Shown one piece after another: positions 1-7,989 of a stretch of DNA of 14,419 bases. The stretch is from a virus. Taxonomy: Duplodnaviria; Heunggongvirae; Uroviricota; Caudoviricetes. Each line of letters starts with the position of its first letter. The first letter of the stretch is position 1. Location: the IMG/VR virus record IMGVR_UViG_2663763232_000006; one strand, given 5' to 3'. The position numbers and the translations under genes were made by a program. The notes beneath the pieces were generated by a model. It was not told where the DNA came from, searched no databases, and saw only the letters and a program-made list of their open reading frames with translations.

Positions 1-18
1 CTCTGACTGAGAGTTTAC

Positions 19-642
19 TCACTTAGCCGCGTGTCCACTATTGCTGGGTAAGATCACAGTTATTGCTAGTAATGATATTTCGAAGCGCTCGATAGGTTCG
101 GACTTGATTTTAGATAGCTCGTTTTGCAAGCTCTCAATAACTTTTTTTGCCTCGGGGTTTTGAGGCATACGTACTTCAACTTTGTCAGCTCCAGGGCGAA
201 GTTCTATTATAACATTCCGCTTGTCGATCTGACGTAATGCAGTTTTAGACAGGTCTATTTCTTCATATTTGTATTCTACTGTAAGCGAGCCATCTTTTTT
301 AGCTACAATATTCAGGCTTTGACCTTTACTAGGGGAGCATGTTTTTTTTAGTGCTTCAGCAGCACTTTTTAATTCGGCCTGATTTGTTGAGGTTTGGAAG
401 CTCACACTAGTAGTGCTTTCCCTTGGGTCATATGTTTTGACCAGTTTTTTTATGTGTTCTAATTCATTAAATCCGTGAGGAAGTTTGGATATTTCCTCGA
501 TTAGTATTTCCTTGTCGAGTTCTGGTGATAAAAACACACCTCGATTCAACAATAATTCATGCAACTTTGCAGCGGTTATCCTTTTATGATGTAATGCATC
601 ATAAATATTTTTATCAGTTGCGAAATATAGTTTTTTAGCCAT
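19..642 (-). CDS. hypothetical protein, 207 aa; second gene of an AT-rich two-gene cargo operon (function unknown, candidate defence-system component)
   Basis: ATG start at 642-640 shares a base with the upstream gene's TAA stop (TAATG on minus strand). GGAG sits ~8 nt upstream. Lys/Glu-rich, no obvious transmembrane segment, no motif I can assign. AT-rich codon usage unlike the phage structural genes. Confidence 0.6.
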   Translation of the reverse strand: MAKKLYFATDKNIYDALHHKRITAAKLHELLLNRGVFLSPELDKEILIEEISKLPHGFNELEHIKKLVKTYDPRESTTSVSFQTSTNQAELKSAAEALKKTCSPSKGQSLNIVAKKDGSLTVEYKYEEIDLSKTALRQIDKRNVIIELRPGADKVEVRMPQNPEAKKVIESLQNELSKIKSEPIERFEISLLAITVILPSNSGHAAK

Positions 643-1643
643 TATCGTTGCTCCATGCCGATTTGTTCAAGATTATATTCAACAACAATTTTGTCTGTCT
701 TGTCGAAGTCAATTTTAAGAAAAAGTCTTTCATCCTCGCCTAAGAGCCAGTCTGTGCTGTATTTCTTTTTCGCTCTTTCAAAATGATGAATGGCATTTTC
801 ATTTGGGTGAATGTGACAATGGCGTAATACGATTGGTTTACCTTCGGTTAATATCTGATAAGTTGATAACATATCAAAGAAGTAAACGAATTCGTCTACT
901 GAATCCCCCGGTTGATTGTAATAAACAACATATCCCTCAGGGTTTTTATCCCTGAGCCAACTGAAAGCCTCATGCTTTATTATAATGTATGGTGATGTTA
1001 ATAATTCAATTGTTGCAGGTGTTGTCTGATTAATAGGGTGCTTTATTCTTGTTAGGGAAAGATCTGGATAATAATATGTGAACTTATCAGGTTGAGGAAG
1101 TTTGCCTGAACCAATTAACTTAGTTATGTCAGAAGATATGTTTATCAAATCTGATATTTTATAAGGGTCAAGCAAATGTAGTTTGATGTTTGGAGGGCAA
1201 TTTATAGATGAGTGATCTAATTTTTTTGTAATATTCTCATAGAAGTCTTTATCATATAAATTATCATGGTTATATAAGAATAATAACCCTCTTACGTTAT
1301 AACCTAAAGAATCATCATGAACATATTTCAATCGCCATTCTTCACTGACATTTGCACATTCGGTAGCTAAAGCAAGCGATGTTAAAGCTCCCTCGACTAT
1401 TTTTTTCCCAATAGTACCTTCTGCATAGCTTTTGAGGTCTGTGTTGAGATAGACCATTTCCTCCTCATATGGATCTATGTAGAAAAATACAACATCGCTT
1501 GGATGTGTTTTCTTGGAATGAGCCTCTTGGCAACAATCCCAATTCATGTCCGCTCTAGCGGCACGATCCCATTTGAACACTGAGAAAATATCATCAGAAA
1601 TCTTACCCGCGACTCGTTGTATAGCCGAAGTCTCTCCACCCAT
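642..1643 (-). CDS. hypothetical protein, 333 aa; first gene of the AT-rich two-gene cargo operon (function unknown, candidate defence-system effector)
   Basis: ATG at 1643-1641 preceded by AAGGAG about 10 nt upstream on the minus strand. Long ORF in an AT-rich region where spurious long ORFs are unlikely. No Walker A motif. His/Cys-rich cluster RHCHIHPNENAIHH near the C-terminus. No family assignable by eye. Confidence 0.65.
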   Translation of the reverse strand: MGGETSAIQRVAGKISDDIFSVFKWDRAARADMNWDCCQEAHSKKTHPSDVVFFYIDPYEEEMVYLNTDLKSYAEGTIGKKIVEGALTSLALATECANVSEEWRLKYVHDDSLGYNVRGLLFLYNHDNLYDKDFYENITKKLDHSSINCPPNIKLHLLDPYKISDLINISSDITKLIGSGKLPQPDKFTYYYPDLSLTRIKHPINQTTPATIELLTSPYIIIKHEAFSWLRDKNPEGYVVYYNQPGDSVDEFVYFFDMLSTYQILTEGKPIVLRHCHIHPNENAIHHFERAKKKYSTDWLLGEDERLFLKIDFDKTDKIVVEYNLEQIGMEQR

Positions 1644-1743
1644 TTCAATCTCGCTCCTTTACAATTGCTGTGGCAATCTGCCTGAAAATCCATCTGACTT
1701 GATGAGTAATCTAACCATATGGTTCGTATGCGTTTGTTGCATG

Positions 1744-1773
1744 ACTATAGCGCATGAAAATGAATGATCGCAA
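1744..1773 (-). promoter_or_regulatory. putative sigma70-like promoter for the two-gene cargo operon (-35 TTGCGA, 18-nt spacer, -10 TATAGT, read on minus strand)
   Basis: Hexamers read directly from the reverse complement of 1744-1773, about 100 nt upstream of the 333-aa ORF start. Not validated. Confidence 0.25.
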
Positions 1774-1793
1774 AAGGATCGTTTTTGCTCAGT

Positions 1794-1820
1794 CCCGCCA
1801 GTTCTGGCGGGCTTTTACTT
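1794..1820 (+). terminator. putative rho-independent terminator (stem CCCGCCA / TGGCGGG, short loop, followed by CTTTTACTT)
   Basis: Perfect 7-8 bp GC-rich inverted repeat followed by a T-rich tract on the plus strand. The minus-strand version is followed by an A-rich tract, so it is probably unidirectional. Confidence 0.4.
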
Positions 1821-1861
1821 ATGTCATGCAGGTGCATGAAAACCACTACACAAAGCGGGCA

Positions 1862-1880
1862 GGCGTGGCGGGGATACGAG
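1862..1880. other. putative cos site (cohesive-end region) of the P2-like phage
   Basis: GGCGTGGCGGGGATACGAG followed by GCGCGCGTAACGG resembles, from memory, the 19-nt cohesive ends of P2 and 186 (GGCG(A/T)GGCGGGGAAAGCA...) and the GCGCGC element after them. The position next to the 3' end of Q matches the P2 layout. Confidence 0.45.
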
Positions 1881-2059
1881 CGCGCGTAACGGGGCGAAAA
1901 AGTAATAATCCCGCGTATTGGAGAGATTGATTTGAAGTTTTCGGGATCGTGTTGCAATATATTGGCACACATTAAATGATGTTGATTTCATTGACTTAAT
2001 GTGGAAATGGAACTGTGAAACAACATACGTCAGCGATGTTACTTTCAAAAGGATAGACA

Positions 2060-2353
2060 ATGAAAACCATATACAACTATGACTTTCAATACTTACGTAA
2101 AGGGGATACGCGACCTCTTGATGATGGAGAGATTGTAAGATGTTCTTCGGAAGACAATCCACTCCTGATGCTTCCGAATGTTGGGGATTATGTCGACATT
2201 ACCAACAATGAAGACCGTGAGTCGTTTGGTGGGAAAGTGAAATCAAGGTTATTCAGATATACTCGAGTAAGTGAAGACCATGTTATTTGCAACATCAATA
2301 TTGTTGTTGAAGAGGTTGAAGACTCGGTGTGGGGCACACTTGTTAAAGAGTAA
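2060..2353 (+). CDS. hypothetical small protein, 97 aa (moron-like accessory gene between cos and Q)
   Basis: ATG at 2060 with AAGGA 6 nt upstream. AT-rich. Immediately followed by a strong hairpin terminator. Convergent with Q. No recognisable motif. Confidence 0.55.
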   Translation: MKTIYNYDFQYLRKGDTRPLDDGEIVRCSSEDNPLLMLPNVGDYVDITNNEDRESFGGKVKSRLFRYTRVSEDHVICNINIVVEEVEDSVWGTLVKE

Positions 2354-2355
2354 AC

Positions 2356-2383
2356 AAAGCGCCTGCAGTAGCAGGCGCTTTCT
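2356..2383. terminator. bidirectional rho-independent terminator between the 97-aa ORF (+) and portal gene Q (-)
   Basis: AAAGCGCCTGC-AGTA-GCAGGCGCTTT: perfect 8-bp GC stem extended by A/T pairs, flanked by T-rich sequence on both strands. Confidence 0.65.
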
Positions 2384-2398
2384 GAGCCTAATCTATAT

Positions 2399-3424
2399 CT
2401 AAAACATATAAGGTTCGAAGCGAATTATTTCTTCGCCCAGCCAGTCGTTAAGCTCCTGCAGTCGCTTCTGTAACGTCATCAGTTCGTTGCGGACAAAGAC
2501 GCGGCTGGCTTTTTCAACATCACCAAATCCCCCAACATTACTCGGCATGATTCCCATCATTTGTGGCGGTACACGGTGCGCAGCCATCATGTCATCGCGG
2601 CTGACATTTTTGATATTCAGAAACTCATCCTTCGCCGCGACTTCTGACAACGGGATGATCTGAAGCCCGTCCTTTTTGCCGTTAGGCGAGTACATGAACA
2701 GATTGCGGAAGTTACCTGGTCCTTTGGCACTTTTCATCGCATTGCGAAGGTTGTTCACGTCCTCCTGGTTCTGCGCGGCATCGGTCATGTACATGATGAA
2801 GCCTGCATGACTGCCGTTAATGTAATACTTACGGCGGAACAGCGTGGCGGACTCGTTGAGCAGGGCTGACGGAATGGCAGAAAGATAACCTGGCAGGCCG
2901 TAGATCTCCTGGTTGATGTCCGGTTCCATCAGATGAAAAATGCTGCCTTTCGTGAACTGATACGGCTGGGTTGTCATACCGTATTGCACAAACCAGTAGG
3001 TATCCAGGTCTAACCCGCGTCGGGTGTATTTTGCCAGAGCAGGCTCAAGGGCGATAACTTCACCGAAACGGTTCGTGCGTTTCTCCAGGTAGGCGTTACC
3101 AAAAACCAGATAGTCCTGTACAAAACGCGAAAAAGCCTGCTGGCTGAGCAGCGGGTGAGGGATGTAGGTGCTGGTCAGAATGTTGCACTTCACTGCAATC
3201 GGTGAGCTGTGATGCACGGCGGCGCGGAAAGTTCGCGCCAGTCCGTCGAAACTCACAGGCGGCTCATACCAACGATCCATCTGTACGCATTCCACATAGT
3301 CCAGCAGTTCGCGGCGGTCCAGAACAGGAACGGGATCACCGAAGCTGAATGCTTCGGCTGAAGTCTGGCCTTTATGCTGGATCTGTTTCGTCGACGCAGC
3401 GCGGTTCTTCTTACTCTTTCCCAT
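2399..3424 (-). CDS. Q: portal protein (P2 gpQ-like)
   Basis: ~341 aa with portal-like sequence, at the P2 Q position. ATG at 3424 overlaps the TGA stop of the upstream terminase gene. The ORF-track start at 3427 is a TTG one codon upstream, which I judge less likely. Confidence 0.93.
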   Translation of the reverse strand: MGKSKKNRAASTKQIQHKGQTSAEAFSFGDPVPVLDRRELLDYVECVQMDRWYEPPVSFDGLARTFRAAVHHSSPIAVKCNILTSTYIPHPLLSQQAFSRFVQDYLVFGNAYLEKRTNRFGEVIALEPALAKYTRRGLDLDTYWFVQYGMTTQPYQFTKGSIFHLMEPDINQEIYGLPGYLSAIPSALLNESATLFRRKYYINGSHAGFIMYMTDAAQNQEDVNNLRNAMKSAKGPGNFRNLFMYSPNGKKDGLQIIPLSEVAAKDEFLNIKNVSRDDMMAAHRVPPQMMGIMPSNVGGFGDVEKASRVFVRNELMTLQKRLQELNDWLGEEIIRFEPYMF

Positions 3425-5190
3425 CAAAAAATCTCCACAATATTGCTGGTATTGGCGGACTCGCCCTGCAGTGGTTCGTTAAACAGTGCGTGCATTGTTG
3501 CCCAGGCCAGATCGGCATGGCTGGCTTCTTCGCTGCGGCTGGCTTCATAGGTCGGGCGGTTGCCACTGGCAGTGGTAGCGCGACGGATTGCCATAAATGA
3601 CTGCGCAATGTCGGTGTGCCCGGCGTCAAACTCCAGACGGCGGTGGCTGATAATGTCGTAGGCCTTGAGTACCAGGGCGTTTTTAACGTTGGGGTTATAG
3701 ACAAACTCCCTGACGGCAGGAAAAAACGCTTTCACGTTCTCGTAAACCCCGTGACCGACGCCGGTCGAGTCGATACCGATATAGGTCACGTTATACTGTT
3801 CGGTCAGTTTTTTGATGGCGTCAGCCTGGGCGCGGAAGTCCATCCCGCGCCACTGGTGACGCTCAAGAATGCGGAACTTACCACCCGGCACGGCTGGCGG
3901 AGCCACCACCACGCATCCGGCACTGTCGCCGTTCTGCGTACCTTTTGCCGGGTCATAACCGATCCACACTTCGCGCCAGCCAAACGGGCGCAGCGCCAGT
4001 GCATGAAAGTCGGTCCAGACTTCCCAGCTGTCCACCATGCACGCCTGCAGCTCGCTGAGCGGGAACACGGACGCGAGATCGTCCACGAACTCACACATCA
4101 GCAGGTTCTGGTATTCGTCCGGGCTGTACTCCATGCGCAACTGGTCGAGGTCGAACAGGTTACAGCCGCCGCGCACCGCATCTTCCACGGTGACTATCTG
4201 GCGGTATTGCCCGTCTGCGCACAGCAGGCCGGGGGCCAGATTGCTGTGGGACAGGTCGATGTCCACCTTGTCAGCTTTGTTGCGCCCACGGTTGAACAGC
4301 GCACCGGACCAGAACGGATAAGCACTGTGGGTCAGACTGGATGGTGTGGAAAAATAGGTCTGCCGCCATTTCTTGTGAATAGCCATACCGGAAGCCACTT
4401 TGCGCAGCTCCTGGAATTTCGGTATCCAGAAATATTCATCCAGATACAGGTTGCCGTGGTAACTCTGGGCCGTGCGGGCATTGGTGCCGAGGAAGTAAAG
4501 CGTGGCCCCGTTGGGAAGCACCATCGGATCGCCTTTCAGCTCCACTTCCACTTCTTTGGCGAAGTCGATGATGTACTGCTTAAAGACGTGGGCCTGTGCC
4601 TTGCTGGCGGAAAGGAAAATCTGGTTACGTCCGGTAAGCAGAGCGTCAATCAGGGCTTCACGGGCAAAGTAAAAGGTCGCGCCGATCTGGCGTGATTTCA
4701 GCAGGTTGCGGATGCGGTTGGTTTTTCCGGCTTCCCACCAGTGGCGCTGGTAGTTGAACATGGAGGAATGGAAGATTTCTTCCAGCTTCTCAATCTGCTC
4801 ATCGGTGAAAACATTCTTTTCCGGCTGACGGCGCGGGCCTTTGTTGCGGTTGGCAACGTTAGGGTTTAAGTCGGCTTCGTTGCCGCCATTGTTAAACTTG
4901 CCGATCCGCGCGTGGCGTTCCGACTGGCGCGCCAGCAGGTCAATCTCTTTGAAATCTTTCCCTTCTTTGTGCTCCTTCATAATGAGCTGGCAGTAGCGTG
5001 CGGCGGTGGTGAGCTGCATCTGATCCAGCGGCCCATAGTCACCCCACTTGTCGCGTTTTTTCCAGCTGTGAACGGTTGCAACTTTCTCGCCCAGCATTTC
5101 AGCAATGCGGGCTACGCGGTATCCCTGAAAGTAGAGCAGCATGGCCTGCCGACGGGGATCGAGATCTGCGGGTGTCAGTGTGGTGTTCAT
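3424..5190 (-). CDS. P: terminase large (ATPase) subunit (P2 gpP-like)
   Basis: 588 aa, matching the size and position of P2 gpP. ATG at 5190. Translationally coupled to Q downstream. Confidence 0.93.
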   Translation of the reverse strand: MNTTLTPADLDPRRQAMLLYFQGYRVARIAEMLGEKVATVHSWKKRDKWGDYGPLDQMQLTTAARYCQLIMKEHKEGKDFKEIDLLARQSERHARIGKFNNGGNEADLNPNVANRNKGPRRQPEKNVFTDEQIEKLEEIFHSSMFNYQRHWWEAGKTNRIRNLLKSRQIGATFYFAREALIDALLTGRNQIFLSASKAQAHVFKQYIIDFAKEVEVELKGDPMVLPNGATLYFLGTNARTAQSYHGNLYLDEYFWIPKFQELRKVASGMAIHKKWRQTYFSTPSSLTHSAYPFWSGALFNRGRNKADKVDIDLSHSNLAPGLLCADGQYRQIVTVEDAVRGGCNLFDLDQLRMEYSPDEYQNLLMCEFVDDLASVFPLSELQACMVDSWEVWTDFHALALRPFGWREVWIGYDPAKGTQNGDSAGCVVVAPPAVPGGKFRILERHQWRGMDFRAQADAIKKLTEQYNVTYIGIDSTGVGHGVYENVKAFFPAVREFVYNPNVKNALVLKAYDIISHRRLEFDAGHTDIAQSFMAIRRATTASGNRPTYEASRSEEASHADLAWATMHALFNEPLQGESANTSNIVEIF

Positions 5191-5236
5191 GGCACAAACC
5201 TACAGCCTTGAATGAAGGCTTTCCCCGCCTGCGGTT

Positions 5237-5254
5237 TGTGTGGTTGTCGGTACA
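5237..5254. promoter_or_regulatory. TGT-N12-ACA dyad in the P/O divergent intergenic region (candidate Ogr-type late-promoter activator site)
   Basis: TGTGTGGTTGTCGGTACA is an exact TGT-N12-ACA. P2 late promoters are known to carry such a dyad centred near -55. This one lies ~88 bp upstream of the O start codon and ~55 bp from the P start codon. Confidence 0.4.
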
Positions 5255-5332
5255 AATACCGCGCATTGTTTCACTGCCCCCATCACCGCAACCATAAGGC
5301 TCCAGTAAGTTTTTTCTAACGGAGCACGGCTC

Positions 5333-6166
5333 ATGACAGTGAAAGCAAAGCGTTTTCGCATCGGGGTGGAAGGTGCCACTACCGACGGACGCGAAATCCA
5401 GCGTGAATGGCTGGAACAGATGGCAGCCAGCTACAACCCGGCGGTGTATACCGCGCTGATTAACCTTGAGCACATCAAGTCTTATCTGCCGGACAGCACC
5501 TTTAACCGCTACGGCAAGGTGACGGCGCTGTTTGCTGAAGAAATCACGGAAGGTCCGCTGGCAGGCAAGATGGCGCTGTATGCCGACGTTGAGCCAACGG
5601 AGTCCCTGGTGGAACTGGTGAAAAAAGGCCAGAAATTATTCACCTCTATGGAAGTCAGCCCGAAGTTCGCTGATACGGGCAAAGCCTACCTGGTTGGCCT
5701 GGCTGCCACTGATGATCCTGCCAGTCTGGGTACGGAAATGCTGACATTCAGCGCCAGTGCAGCCCATAACCCGCTGGCAAACCGCAAGCAGAATCCCGCC
5801 AATCTCTTTACCGCCGCAGAGGAAACGGTGATCGAGCTGGAAGAAGTCCAGGACGACAAACCGTCCCTGTTTGCCCGCGTCACGGCGCTGTTTACCAAAA
5901 AAGAGCAGTCCGATGACGCCCGGTTCTCTGATGTGCATAAGGCCGTGGAGCTGGTCGCCACTGAGCAGCAGAACCTGAGCGCACGCACCGAAAAATCCCT
6001 GTCTGAGCAGGAAGAACGTCTGTCTGAGCTGGAGACTGCCCTGCAGGCACAGCAGACCGCCTTTAACGAACTGGTGAATAAGCTGAGTCATGAAGACAGC
6101 CGCCAGGACTACCGCCAGCGTGCAACAGGCGGTAACGCCCCCGCTGACACTCTGACCAATTGCTGA
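5333..6166 (+). CDS. O: capsid scaffolding protein (P2 gpO-like)
   Basis: 277 aa. ATG at 5333 with GGAG 8 nt upstream. Position and sequence consistent with P2 gpO. Confidence 0.9.
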   Translation: MTVKAKRFRIGVEGATTDGREIQREWLEQMAASYNPAVYTALINLEHIKSYLPDSTFNRYGKVTALFAEEITEGPLAGKMALYADVEPTESLVELVKKGQKLFTSMEVSPKFADTGKAYLVGLAATDDPASLGTEMLTFSASAAHNPLANRKQNPANLFTAAEETVIELEEVQDDKPSLFARVTALFTKKEQSDDARFSDVHKAVELVATEQQNLSARTEKSLSEQEERLSELETALQAQQTAFNELVNKLSHEDSRQDYRQRATGGNAPADTLTNC

Positions 6167-6181
6167 TGGAGCACAAACCTG

Positions 6182-7240
6182 ATGAAGAAGAATACCCGCT
6201 TTGCTTTTAACGCTTACCTGCAGCAACTGGCACGTCTGAACGGTGTGGCAGTTGAAGAACTGTCCAGCAAGTTCACTGTAGAGCCGTCTGTGCAGCAGAC
6301 GCTGGAAGACCAGATCCAGCAGTCCGCCGCTTTCCTGACGCTGATTAACGTCACGCCAGTGACTGAGCAGTCCGGTCAGCTGCTGGGGCTGGGTGTTGGC
6401 AGCACCATTGCCGGAACCACTGACACCACCGCGAAAGAGCGTGAACCTGTCGATCCGACGCTGATGGTCGATGTGGAATACAAATGCGAGCAGACCAACT
6501 TTGACACGGTGCTGACCTACGCGAAGCTGGACCTGTGGGCGAAGTTTCAGGATTTCCAGGTGCGTATCCGTGACGCCATCGTGAAACGTCAGGCACTGGA
6601 CCGCATCATGATCGGCTTTAACGGCGTGAAGCGTGCGAAAACCTCCAACCGTAGTGAAAACCCGCTGCTGCAGGATGTGAACAAAGGCTGGCTGCAGAAA
6701 ATCCGTGAGGATGCACCGGATCACGTCATGGGCAGCACCACCACGGGCGGTGAAACCACTCCGGGTGCGGTGAAAGTCGGGAAAGGTGGCGAATATGCCA
6801 ACCTGGACGCTGTGGTGATGGATGCCGTCAATGAGCTTATCGACGTGGTTTACCAGGACGATGACGATCTGGTGGTGATTTGCGGTCGTGAACTGTTGTC
6901 TGACAAGTATTTCCCGCTGGTCAACAAAGAGCAGGAAAACAGTGAAAAACTGGCTGCCGATATGATCATCAGCCAGAAACGCATGGGTGGCCTGCAGGCC
7001 GTGCGTGCGCCGTTCTTCCCGCCGAATGCGCTGCTGATCACCCGTCTGGATAACCTGTCCATCTACTGGCAGGAAGACACCCGCCGCCGTTCAGTTATCG
7101 ACAACCCGAAACGTGACCGGATTGAAAACTTTGAATCCGTTAATGAAGCCTATGTGGTTGAGGACTACCGCTGCGCCGCACTGGTGGAAAACATCCAGAT
7201 TGGTGATTTCAGCGCCGCCGCAGCCGAAACCGGAGCGTAA
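6182..7240 (+). CDS. N: major capsid protein (P2 gpN-like)
   Basis: 352 aa. N-terminal region (TRFAFNAYL...KFTVEPSVQQTL) resembles P2 gpN as I recall it. Conserved position after O. Confidence 0.93.
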   Translation: MKKNTRFAFNAYLQQLARLNGVAVEELSSKFTVEPSVQQTLEDQIQQSAAFLTLINVTPVTEQSGQLLGLGVGSTIAGTTDTTAKEREPVDPTLMVDVEYKCEQTNFDTVLTYAKLDLWAKFQDFQVRIRDAIVKRQALDRIMIGFNGVKRAKTSNRSENPLLQDVNKGWLQKIREDAPDHVMGSTTTGGETTPGAVKVGKGGEYANLDAVVMDAVNELIDVVYQDDDDLVVICGRELLSDKYFPLVNKEQENSEKLAADMIISQKRMGGLQAVRAPFFPPNALLITRLDNLSIYWQEDTRRRSVIDNPKRDRIENFESVNEAYVVEDYRCAALVENIQIGDFSAAAAETGA

Positions 7241-7243
7241 TCC

Positions 7244-7894
7244 ATGAGCCTGAGTCCCGCACGGCAGCATCGCCTGCGCGTTCAGGCTGAACAGGCCGCC
7301 CGCGAGGGCGGCAGTGTTCGCCACGCATCGGGCTATGACCTGATGCTGCTGCAACTGGCGGAAGACCGCCGCCGTCTCAAGGGCGTTCAGTCCACGGTCA
7401 AAAAAGCGGAAATCAAGGTGGAGCTGCTGCCGAAGTACGCCGCCTGGGCAGAGGGTGTCCTGGCTGCCGGAGGCGCTCAACAGGATGACGTGCTGATGTA
7501 CGTGATGCTGTGGCGCATTGATGCCGGAGATTATGCCGGGGCGCTGGAGATCGGGCGTCATGCCCTGCGTCATGGCTGGGTGATGCCGCTGGGTAACCGC
7601 AACGTGCAGACCGTGCTGGCAGAGGAAATGGCAGACGCGGCGCAGAGCGCAATGCTTGCCGCCACCGGCTTTGATGCCGATCTGTTGCTGCAGACGCTGG
7701 AGCTGACAGACGGTCTGGATATGCCGGACCAGTCACGGGCGCGTCTGCATAAAGCGATTGGCGCTGTCCTGAGTGAAAGCAACCCGGCTTCCGCCCTTAA
7801 TCATCTCAACCATGCGTTACAGCTCGATCCCCGCTGTGGCGTGAAAAAAGACAAACAGCAGCTGGAGCGCAGACTGCGCAATGACAGCCGCTGA
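7244..7894 (+). CDS. M: terminase small (endonuclease) subunit (P2 gpM-like)
   Basis: 216 aa. Contains GAQQDDVLMYVMLWRIDAGDYAGALEIGRHAL, similar to P2 gpM as I recall it. GGAG 8 nt upstream of the ATG. Confidence 0.9.
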   Translation: MSLSPARQHRLRVQAEQAAREGGSVRHASGYDLMLLQLAEDRRRLKGVQSTVKKAEIKVELLPKYAAWAEGVLAAGGAQQDDVLMYVMLWRIDAGDYAGALEIGRHALRHGWVMPLGNRNVQTVLAEEMADAAQSAMLAATGFDADLLLQTLELTDGLDMPDQSRARLHKAIGAVLSESNPASALNHLNHALQLDPRCGVKKDKQQLERRLRNDSR

Positions 7895-7989
7895 CAGAAC
7901 GTGCCCCCGCGCACGGGCGGCACGGGGTGGCGAAAGGCACTGCCACATCAAAACCCCGTCCACCGCCCTCTATTTCAGGAGAAAGCAGC

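Noticed and set aside
642-1643. Retron reverse transcriptase, AbiEii nucleotidyltransferase or P-loop ATPase identity for the 333-aa protein
   Set aside because: YVHDD does not fit the YxDD motif, there is no GS...D.D nucleotidyltransferase motif, and GTIGKK / GSGKL do not fit Walker A (GxxxxGK[ST]).
1824-2162. 112-aa minus-strand ORF (and small ORFs 1546-1767 plus, 1745-1972 minus) spanning the cos-like and promoter region
   Set aside because: They overlap the cos-like sequence, the terminator hairpin and the start of the 97-aa ORF. No RBS and an implausible composition. Treated as non-coding.
3616-4695. 359-aa ORF on the plus strand
   Set aside because: Lies entirely antisense within the well-supported terminase P gene. 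A GC-rich shadow ORF with Arg/Ala/Gly/His-rich low-complexity translation.
5636-6724. 362-aa ORF on the minus strand
   Set aside because: Antisense to the scaffold O and capsid N genes. Typical high-GC shadow ORF with no RBS, and its translation is not protein-like.
7895-7975. GC-rich imperfect inverted repeats between M and L
   Set aside because: No clean stem followed by a T-tract, and M and L are expected to be co-transcribed. Not called as a terminator.
7927-7989. GTG-initiated N-terminal extension of gene L (ORF-track start)
   Set aside because: No RBS, and it encodes a Pro/Ser-rich leader. The ATG at 7990 has a well-placed AGGAG.
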